DNA of 64,000 bases. Source: Promethearchaeota archaeon. Lineage in GTDB: Archaea > Asgardarchaeota > Lokiarchaeia > Sigyniarchaeales > SOKP01. Both the position numbers and the translations under genes were made by a program. The notes under the pieces were generated by a model. It saw nothing but the letters and a program-made list of their open reading frames with translations. It did no database searches and was not told the origin of the DNA. Location of the stretch: contig JAHPZA010000001.1 of assembly GCA_019058445.1 (NCBI GenBank), positions 128,001 through 192,000 on the forward strand, written 5' to 3'. Shown here piece after piece: positions 21,010 through 28,959 of the stretch (position 1 is its first letter; each line of letters opens with the position of its first letter).

Positions 21010-22261
21010 CGAATTGATTCCAAAATTCGATAATTGTTATATTCCTTTTAGATCAAACCTTGAAATTAAGATAGATCAAATTCATTTTAGAAAAAAAGGA
21101 CAAGATGAATGGTCATATTTTTCTAAATTATTCAGTTATGAAGATGATTATAATCATATAGTTGAAATTAATAACGAAATTGATGAAAATCTAATAATTA
21201 TCTACTATAAATCACTTGATCCTATAAAGTTTTCGTCAGAATTTGTCCAACTTCGAGTTATTATAAATAATGAGATTTATAGATGTATGTGCTCAATAGA
21301 ATGGATAAAAATTGAAGATGATTTACTTCCAAAGATCGTAATTAATTCAAATTTAGGATTTAAAAAGGAAAGAATTACCTGCCTATGTCTAAAATTAAAC
21401 GACAATTGTTTGAAATTCCTTAAACAATTTAACCAATTAATTGAAACTCAAAATATTACAGATTTGACTGATATTCGTGGAATTAATATTAAAAATTATG
21501 ATATCGCAATTGTAAATATCAAATTCTTAGATGATATAAATTTATACTTGAGATTTCTAAAGAATATTGGACAAATATACATCTCTGATGACATTGGAAA
21601 ATTATCAGAAAATTGTCTCAATATCAACAAACACAATTCATCTTATTCCTTTCATTATCGTATATCTGAATTTTTAAAAATAAAATGTTTAAACATTGAG
21701 AAAAATGATAAAGTCGATTTTTGGGAACAAAATAAAGATGAATCCGAGAGATTTTGGCAAAAATACTTACAAAAGCATACTGATATCTTTTCCTCTGCTC
21801 TAAACTATACTATGGAATTTATCTGTGATGAAGGATCTGTAAGAGGGCAAGATATATATGGAAAGGGAGAAAAAAGAATAGATTTTCTATATAAAGGAAA
21901 TGATAATAATGCTATTCTAATCGAAATAAAAGGACCAAAAACTCAATTAATTATGAATATGGAATATCGTGAAGGAATATATCCTCCCACAACTGATTTA
22001 TCAGCTTCAGTCCTTCAGGTAATGGATTATAAGAAAATACTAATCGAAAATTATAATGAAATTAAAAAAAGATGTGATTGTGATGGTTTAAAGACAGACA
22101 TCATTAAATGTTATGTTATAATTGGAAACTTAGAAGATTTAAAAGAGGAACAAGAAAAAAGTTTTTCTTATTTTAAAGAAGTCGTAAACCCATATGTGGA
22201 GATAATCACCTTTGATGATCTTTTTGATAAATATAAAAAAAGCTATTTAATGGTCATTTAA
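20966..22261 (+). CDS. sduA: Shedu anti-phage nuclease SduA (DUF4263) with unknown N-terminal domain (start possibly TTG at 21014)
   Basis: C-terminal ERFWQKYL...IDFL...IEIKGP...YR...LSASVLQV...VIIG...IITFDDL. Confidence 0.8.
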   Translation: MKYTQNRMMKKQKFSELIPKFDNCYIPFRSNLEIKIDQIHFRKKGQDEWSYFSKLFSYEDDYNHIVEINNEIDENLIIIYYKSLDPIKFSSEFVQLRVIINNEIYRCMCSIEWIKIEDDLLPKIVINSNLGFKKERITCLCLKLNDNCLKFLKQFNQLIETQNITDLTDIRGINIKNYDIAIVNIKFLDDINLYLRFLKNIGQIYISDDIGKLSENCLNINKHNSSYSFHYRISEFLKIKCLNIEKNDKVDFWEQNKDESERFWQKYLQKHTDIFSSALNYTMEFICDEGSVRGQDIYGKGEKRIDFLYKGNDNNAILIEIKGPKTQLIMNMEYREGIYPPTTDLSASVLQVMDYKKILIENYNEIKKRCDCDGLKTDIIKCYVIIGNLEDLKEEQEKSFSYFKEVVNPYVEIITFDDLFDKYKKSYLMVI

Positions 22262-22323
22262 TTACAAATTATCTTTTTGGATTATGGAAAATATATAAAA
22301 ATGAGTTTGGAATACTTAAAAAT

Positions 22324-24222
22324 TTATTTATTGTCTTTTATGAAAGTTTGAAGATCTATAAAGAAATTGAAATTATCGCTTGTAATATTAGTTTTAAGTG
22401 TTTCTACTTCTTTATAAGTAACTGTCTCTGCTTCAGTATTATTTCTTTTCTTACAAACAAATTTCCCATCTTCCTGTTCTACAAGAATTGGTTCCCTTGT
22501 TTGCTTAATAGCAACAATCAAAATGATTTTTTCTATATCGAAATCATCTATCAATTTTATCTCTTTACATTTAATAAAATCCTTTTTTGGTTCTGTAAAT
22601 TTCCTTAATACTTTCTTAATTTGTTTAATTTTTTCCTCTAATCCATCAATTCCGACAATCTTTTTTGGATCATCATCTGTAATACCAATAATTAATAAGC
22701 CACCATCATAATTGGCAAAACTTGTTACTTGATTGCAGAATTTAATTTTAGCCCTCTTTTTTTCTGATTTGCTGGATTTTTCCCAAAAGTCAAGTGTTTG
22801 CTTAAAGTCCCATAAATCATTTTCAATGCGGTTAGGTTCTATAGCTTTTTTTATAAAAAGAATTAAAGCTTCTTCATTATATAAAAAGGTTTGTTGCAGT
22901 CTATATTTGTTAATATCTAAATCTAATTCTTCATAAATTTCTTCAAAATCTTCTTCAAGAATTTTGTTCACAATGGATTTAGTGTTTTCTTTTTGAATTA
23001 AATATACAGAGCATTCCTCTTCATTTTCGTATAAAAATTCTCTAGAATGCGTAGTTATAAAAATCTGATTAGATTTTGATTCTTGAAGGAATTTATCCCT
23101 TAACTTAATTTCTAATCCAGGATGTAAATGAAGCCCAGGTTCTTCTATACATAGTATATTATCTTGCCCAATTTCCATGATATAAGCAATAAAGTGTGCT
23201 ATGTTAAGTATACCAGCACCCATATTGTCCAAATTCAATTCTATGTTTAAATCATTTTCTTTTAAAATTAATATAGTATAATCATTTTCGATCACTTCTT
23301 GCCTTAGTATATCAATTTCAGGAATAAATTCTAATAATTGCTTATTAAGTTTTGAGTTCCAATCATGTTCATTGGTAACCAATTTCTTATATATTATAGT
23401 AACTAAATTACTTCCTACCGGATCCAGACTTAAGCGAGTGGCCCCTGAGGTCTCAGCCCTTGGATTAAATCTACGTTTATCTGGAATAATATGGATATTT
23501 TCAAAAAATTTAATTAATTCTTTAGCTATAAATGGAATAGGGGGATAATTTTCAAGATTCAAATGTTCTTCTAAAATTTGTTTTATATATCGAATTCCAC
23601 CAGTTCTTATATTTGCAAAATAATTTTTTAGAAATACTCTATCAATTGAAACATTTTGTTTTTGAATAGCTTTAGGATTATATACTGAGTTTTGAAAATT
23701 ATCATTATCAAGTCTTTTAAAATGGAACAAATCTTGATAGTTATTATCCATATGTAAAATTTGAATTCTTTCAATATATAAAGCCTTTCCAATATCGTAC
23801 TTTTTCAAAAAAATTTTAATTTTATTGAAATATTCATTTGATTTAAGCCAGTCTAAAGCGACTTTTGTGTCATTCCAATTAAATTCTTGAAATTTTGGAT
23901 CATTTTTCCTTGTATAATCAAAAACTCTATTTAAAAAATTTCGAGTGATAAGTTCCAATATAATTTTATTTCTAAACTCTGATGTTAGGGAAAAAATTAG
24001 ATTAAGTTCTAATGGTAGTGTTTCGTCTCCATCATAATATTGTTCTCTATTTACTTTTCTTTCTGAATAAGAATCTTGGAGTATCTTAAATATTTTAAAT
24101 AAATTTGATTTACCTGAACTATTTTTTCCTATTATAACATTGTAATCTTTAAAATCCTCAAATTTAGCATCTTTATAACTCAAGAAATTTTTGATTTCTA
24201 TTCCTGAAAGCTTAATATTCAA
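22324..24222 (-). CDS. ABC-type ATPase (AAA_15/OLD-like) fused to a C-terminal Schlafen AlbA_2 domain
   Basis: GKNSSGKS, MGAG signature, IEEPGLHLHP, ITTHS; C-terminal ENDLWDFKQ...SFANYDGGLLIIGITD...IVGI. Confidence 0.8.
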   Translation of the reverse strand: MNIKLSGIEIKNFLSYKDAKFEDFKDYNVIIGKNSSGKSNLFKIFKILQDSYSERKVNREQYYDGDETLPLELNLIFSLTSEFRNKIILELITRNFLNRVFDYTRKNDPKFQEFNWNDTKVALDWLKSNEYFNKIKIFLKKYDIGKALYIERIQILHMDNNYQDLFHFKRLDNDNFQNSVYNPKAIQKQNVSIDRVFLKNYFANIRTGGIRYIKQILEEHLNLENYPPIPFIAKELIKFFENIHIIPDKRRFNPRAETSGATRLSLDPVGSNLVTIIYKKLVTNEHDWNSKLNKQLLEFIPEIDILRQEVIENDYTILILKENDLNIELNLDNMGAGILNIAHFIAYIMEIGQDNILCIEEPGLHLHPGLEIKLRDKFLQESKSNQIFITTHSREFLYENEEECSVYLIQKENTKSIVNKILEEDFEEIYEELDLDINKYRLQQTFLYNEEALILFIKKAIEPNRIENDLWDFKQTLDFWEKSSKSEKKRAKIKFCNQVTSFANYDGGLLIIGITDDDPKKIVGIDGLEEKIKQIKKVLRKFTEPKKDFIKCKEIKLIDDFDIEKIILIVAIKQTREPILVEQEDGKFVCKKRNNTEAETVTYKEVETLKTNITSDNFNFFIDLQTFIKDNK

Positions 24223-24648
24223 ATCTCCTTTCCCCCTTAATAATGATTTAAGACTCTTCTGATATTCTTTAGCAAAATATAATATTTATTCTCTTTGGTA
24301 AATTAGAAATTATAGAATAATAATTTAATAATATTAATTAAAAAGTAAAAATAAAGAGAGTCTAATTATTTTTTACAATTCATTAAACACAATTTTACAA
24401 ATTTTGAAGCAGATCTTCATTCTTTTAAATCTTAATATAATTCTAAATTATTGAATTCAATATTTTCGTATATACTAGAACTATAATTTCAATTTTTATC
24501 AATACTCATGTATAGTAATCCTTAAGGTTAGTATTTAATTATGAATATAAATATAAAGCTATCAAATAGTTATAGATTACTAGTATATATTTAAATTCAC
24601 TTAATTACAAATAATTTTATATATTAATACATAAAAAAAGATTTTTTA

Positions 24649-26190
24649 ATGATAAAAATGAACGAGGCAAGCGTTATTGTACCAAAAAGTGAAATTAGTG
24701 ACGATTTCTTAATTAAGAATTACTGTAAGCTCATTAAAAAAGGGGAGATTGAATTTCTAGAGAAAATGGATAGTTTTGACATATATGATAAGAATTATGA
24801 AGAATTAAAGGATGAGTCTAACTATATAAAAATTGATACTAAGAATCTTGTTAATATTTTAAATGATCTCACTATAGAAGATAAAAAAGAAGAAGAAAAA
24901 GTAAAGATTCTGAAAAAGAAAAAAATAATATTTCAGAAACTATGGCCGAATTTTGTAAGGAGTGCTATTAAATATCTAAGAATAAAAGATACTCGAGATA
25001 AAGGTACCTTTAAATTTGATTTTGGAGTCAACAATTTAACAAAATATTTTGAAGAATTCTCAAAATTTGAAGAAATTCTTTATGGAATTGACGAATACTA
25101 TCGAGATCATTCCCTACATGTTTTTAGAGTGTATCTTTTAGGAGTATATTTAGTAAGAAAATTTTTTAAAGATTATGATCAATTGAAGATTAAAAATAAA
25201 CCTTCTATAATCGGTAAAATCTTTTCTGATGAAAAAGAAGCGATTTGGTGCGTTATAGCATTATGTCATGATTTAGGATATCCATTACAGAAATTAGATG
25301 AATTAAATAAAAAACTTGTTAAAATACTCGAATTTTTTGGTACTTCAAATTTTAATCCTTTAAGATTTAGCTTACCTCTTGAAGGAACAATCTTAGACAA
25401 ATTTATTTTAAAATTAATTTCGTCAAGAATCAATGACAACTTATTGATTCAACATCAACCTAAATTTTATGCAAAATACTCTAAGGCTTATGAAAAATTG
25501 AGCCATGGAATAATGTCTTGTATCTTATTAATGAAAAATTTAGTATATTTTAAAGAAACAGATTATGAACCTGATTTCCAAAAAGGTTTTAAATATATTA
25601 AAGAGCCTTCTACAAATAGCAACGATTTTGATGAAAGAACTTTAGAGGATGCAAGACAATATGTAATTAGAAGAGAAATACTACGATCAATTGCTTCCCA
25701 TGATAACGAAGATATTTATCATATAGAAATGAATAATTTTCCCTTTTTATTGATAATGTGTGATGAAATCCAGGAATGGAGCCGACCTGCTTCAAAAATA
25801 AGACTACTATATGCCTTAGATGAAAAAAATAGAGAGATAATTAATATCAATGCTTTTAATGAAAATATAATAGATATCTTAATAAATTTAAATTTTGATG
25901 AAAATGATTTATTAAATTATGTTGCAAAGAAATATATGAAATTTATTCGATTATTGAGAAGTGCTGTAGATTCAGATAAACGGAAATTTAATTTTATAAT
26001 GTCGATACAAAATAGGGAAGGCATAAAATACCAGTTTATTTATGAAAGTCCTAATGAATTCTATACTGATGAAGAAAAGAAAAAAATGGAAATCTCGTAT
26101 GAAGAACCAAAATGTATAAAATTTATAAATGAAAAACCAATAGAAGATTTCTCATTAAGGAATATTATTGATTTAATAAATAAAAAATGA
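24649..26190 (+). CDS. HD-superfamily metal-dependent phosphohydrolase
   Basis: RDHSLHVFRV, CHDLG, SHG, SHD and CDEIQEWSR metal-ligand motifs. Confidence 0.75.
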   Translation: MIKMNEASVIVPKSEISDDFLIKNYCKLIKKGEIEFLEKMDSFDIYDKNYEELKDESNYIKIDTKNLVNILNDLTIEDKKEEEKVKILKKKKIIFQKLWPNFVRSAIKYLRIKDTRDKGTFKFDFGVNNLTKYFEEFSKFEEILYGIDEYYRDHSLHVFRVYLLGVYLVRKFFKDYDQLKIKNKPSIIGKIFSDEKEAIWCVIALCHDLGYPLQKLDELNKKLVKILEFFGTSNFNPLRFSLPLEGTILDKFILKLISSRINDNLLIQHQPKFYAKYSKAYEKLSHGIMSCILLMKNLVYFKETDYEPDFQKGFKYIKEPSTNSNDFDERTLEDARQYVIRREILRSIASHDNEDIYHIEMNNFPFLLIMCDEIQEWSRPASKIRLLYALDEKNREIININAFNENIIDILINLNFDENDLLNYVAKKYMKFIRLLRSAVDSDKRKFNFIMSIQNREGIKYQFIYESPNEFYTDEEKKKMEISYEEPKCIKFINEKPIEDFSLRNIIDLINKK

Positions 26191-26750
26191 CAGTAAATGA
26201 TTATACTGATATAAAAACTATTGAAATTAAGAAAAGGGATTTAATATTTTCTAAAAAAACTCGTTTGTGGTGTAGATTACCATATCCAAATCATCCTTAT
26301 GGATGTCCAAATTATAATAAAAATCCATTATGTCCCCCTTTTGCCGATTACATGGATTATATTAAAAAAAAATATTCTCATTTTTATTTAATTTATGCTA
26401 TTTTTAAATTAAAAAGTCAAAGAGAAAGAATGCTTTCAATCCATCCAAATTGGTCAATAAAAAAAGCTAATTGTTTGTTATATTGGCAGGGTTCTGTAAA
26501 AAAAGTCTTAAAAAACTATATTCAAAGGATTATACTAAAAAATAAAAATAGAAAAACCTATATTTTAGCATGTGGTTCTGGATTTAAATTTAGTAGTATT
26601 CATCAAAATAAAGTCTATAGTATGGAAGCTGTAGGAATAAATGTATTAAAAACTTTAGATAATGTGGGAATAGAATACGAACTTAAACCTAAGAATAAAG
26701 TATTACTAGTTACACTATTATGTTCTCAAGAGTACCTTTTATTTTTTTAA
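26187..26750 (+). CDS. DUF2284-like predicted metal-binding protein
   Basis: WC...GCPNYNKNPLCPP and SMEAVGINV motifs; ATGA overlap with the HD gene. Confidence 0.7.
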   Translation: MTVNDYTDIKTIEIKKRDLIFSKKTRLWCRLPYPNHPYGCPNYNKNPLCPPFADYMDYIKKKYSHFYLIYAIFKLKSQRERMLSIHPNWSIKKANCLLYWQGSVKKVLKNYIQRIILKNKNRKTYILACGSGFKFSSIHQNKVYSMEAVGINVLKTLDNVGIEYELKPKNKVLLVTLLCSQEYLLFF

Positions 26751-27771
26751 ATTCTTCAGGTATATAATCTTTAGTTAAATCTATTTGTTTAATGTTATTG
26801 CATACTAATTTTTGAATTGGACAAATTTCATTACATATTTTTCTTTCTAAACAATATCCACATTTTAGATTTTCTTTAAAATGCTGTAATTCTATATCTA
26901 ATAACCTATTAGAAATAACTTTTCGAAGCGAATTTTTATCATTCAGTTTCACGAAGCAATTTGAAATATTTTTAAAAGCAGTACAAGGAAATAATTTAAG
27001 ATCAGATGTAATCATAAATTTATTTTTTCCAGCTTCACACTTAAAACAAGAATTACTAAGGTTAGAAAATGCCGATCCTATTTCGACTTTAGAGGAAGGA
27101 TAATTTAATTTCACATTATTTAAAATGATAGCTAGATCTTCTTTGCTAAATACTAATTTCTCATGATTTTTTAAAGCCCTACCATGTAATATAAGGCGAA
27201 GTATCTTGACATGTTTAATATTTAGCTCATTTATTAAATATTCTATTGTATCTTCAAGGTATTTAATATTTAAACAATTAGGGATGATATGAACTTCAGT
27301 ATTGATATTTAAATCTATACATGATTTAATTGAAGTTATAGTATTTTCAAAACCAAATGTGGTTTTTGTTAATTTAGCAAAATTTTCTTTATCAATGGTT
27401 TGAAAATTATATCTTATTGTCAAATTAGGATGATTTTTATATCTCATTAAGATATTTTTAGGAATAGGCAAATACTCCCTATCTTTATAAATACATCCAC
27501 AAGAGTAAATTTCCAGCAAAAAATCACAATTTAGAATATAATCAATAAATTCTATAATGTTTGGATGAAGAAATGGTTCTCCTCCTGATAATTGGATAAT
27601 ATCAAGACCAAGTTTTTTAGCATCTTGAATAAGTTCGATAAATTTCTTTTTTTCTATATATTTCTTCTTATAGATGGTTGAATCACTAGAACAAAAAATA
27701 CAATTAAAAGGACATTTGTTAGTTATTTCAATCAACAATTCTTTTTTCTTTTTCAATTTTGCTTTCCTCAA
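26710..27771 (-). CDS. Radical SAM/SPASM domain protein
   Basis: CPFNCIFC, SGGEPF, and SPASM cysteines CEAG...FPC...CGYCLERKICNEICP. Confidence 0.9.
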   Translation of the reverse strand: MRKAKLKKKKELLIEITNKCPFNCIFCSSDSTIYKKKYIEKKKFIELIQDAKKLGLDIIQLSGGEPFLHPNIIEFIDYILNCDFLLEIYSCGCIYKDREYLPIPKNILMRYKNHPNLTIRYNFQTIDKENFAKLTKTTFGFENTITSIKSCIDLNINTEVHIIPNCLNIKYLEDTIEYLINELNIKHVKILRLILHGRALKNHEKLVFSKEDLAIILNNVKLNYPSSKVEIGSAFSNLSNSCFKCEAGKNKFMITSDLKLFPCTAFKNISNCFVKLNDKNSLRKVISNRLLDIELQHFKENLKCGYCLERKICNEICPIQKLVCNNIKQIDLTKDYIPEEFKKIKGTLENIIV

Positions 27772-28065
27772 CGATTCAATTCTAATATTGACTTAGATAC
27801 TTTTAATCTTTTTCTATATAAAAAAATAAAAATATCTTGGTTTTTTCTCATCATCTCCTAAACTTGTTTAACTCTATATTATGCTTAAATATTAGAAATA
27901 TTTTAAATCTTTTAGCTTTTCTCATTTAAAATATATTTCTTAAAAATATTTAAAATTATTGGCAATGAAATTATTCGAAATTTAATAAAATCTCATTTAA
28001 TTAATAAGATTTTGATTTCAATTTAACTTATAATAAAAAAATAGATTTAACCGACAAATTTATAT

Positions 28066-28093
28066 TATTCTCTTTTCTTAAGAATTGAGAATA
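28066..28093. promoter_or_regulatory. 28 bp near-perfect palindrome, putative operator of the adjacent wHTH gene
   Basis: TATTCTC-TT-TTCTTAAGAA-TT-GAGAATA directly after a TATA-like TTTATA, ~35 bp upstream of 28128. Confidence 0.45.
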
Positions 28094-28127
28094 TTTAAAA
28101 ATGCTTGTTTATAATTTAATTATGTAG

Positions 28128-28454
28128 ATGATTGCCCTTGAAAAAGAGATAATTATTATAAATTTTTTAAATGAGAAAGCTATAAATTTATTATATATTC
28201 TAGCTAAAAAATATCCAATAACTAGCGTTAATTTGAGGAATAAGGTTATTAAAAATGAAATAATGTCTATAAGTTCTTACTATAGGTATCTGGATTTCCT
28301 TTTGAAACATAAACTGATAAAAAAAGAAAAATATAGAAAGAAGACAGGGGGTTATATTTATAATATAAGTAATTTTGGTAAGTATTTCCTAGAATTAATT
28401 TTAAAATCAAACATTCCTTTTTATAATAATCTAAATCATGATCTAAACTCATAA
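28128..28454 (+). CDS. Winged helix-turn-helix transcriptional regulator
   Basis: MSISSYYRYLDFLLKHKLI...YNISNFG wHTH pattern; divergent from the radical SAM gene. Confidence 0.7.
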   Translation: MIALEKEIIIINFLNEKAINLLYILAKKYPITSVNLRNKVIKNEIMSISSYYRYLDFLLKHKLIKKEKYRKKTGGYIYNISNFGKYFLELILKSNIPFYNNLNHDLNS

Positions 28455-28498
28455 ACTTATAGAATAGCGGATTTTTATTTAAAAAATTTAAAGTGTTT

Positions 28499-28940
28499 AA
28501 TTCCTCAATCTTCTGATAATTAGGCTTACTATACAAATTCAAGTTATTTCAGATATGATGCTGAGATTTTACATTCAGAAAGGATTAAAAAACAAGGAGA
28601 TTACCATTCTATTATAAGTGGTTGAGTAATTATTCATAAAAGCTTAGGCGAGCAAAAATCAGACATACAAGGATTATGAGAATTAACTAAAAATATTTGC
28701 CATAATAATAACACAGCATATTATGCCTACACTACAGATTTCACTTATCACCCTTATTGAAGAAGAATCTTTCGAGGGGACAGTTTTACCTTTTAAGAAT
28801 GTGGTGCTCAAGATGCCAGAATTTACTCCAGAATTACTGGCTATTATAATGAAGTAAATAAATATAATGAGGGAAATAGAGCAGGATGGGAAGCCTGTAA
28901 AAGAGATTATATCAACGTATTACAGAGATTAAAAAAATAA
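28499..28940 (+). pseudogene. nrdD: Displaced, decayed 3' fragment of nrdD
   Basis: Frame from 28500 reads IPQSSDN*AYYTNSSYFRYDAE...QGDYH...YSRITGYYNEVNKYN...; collinear with the nrdD C-terminus; 5 internal stops, no frameshift. Confidence 0.93.
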
Positions 28941-28959
28941 GAATCATATATTTTCTTCT

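Larger units (their letters stand above)
16782..28940. mobile_element. Genomic (defence) island inserted in the nrdD 3' end, bounded by duplicated nrdD 3' segments; no integrase seen
   Basis: nrdD 16782-17208 is repeated in diverged form at 28499-28940, both starting AATTCCTCAATC; interior is very AT-rich and carries defence-type genes. Confidence 0.75.

Noticed and set aside
22324-24222. Gabija GajA or OLD nuclease
   Set aside because: No TOPRIM (VEG...DxD) domain and no adjacent UvrD helicase; the C-terminus is AlbA_2-like
26710-27771. Viperin call for the island radical SAM
   Set aside because: It has a full SPASM cysteine set and lacks recognisable viperin motifs such as CNYxCxFCF
28797-28940. 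Stand-alone glycyl-radical spare-part protein (GrcA-like) from the stop-free tail of the nrdD remnant
   Set aside because: No ATG or RBS after the last internal stop and the Zn-site cysteines upstream are lost; simple decay is more parsimonious
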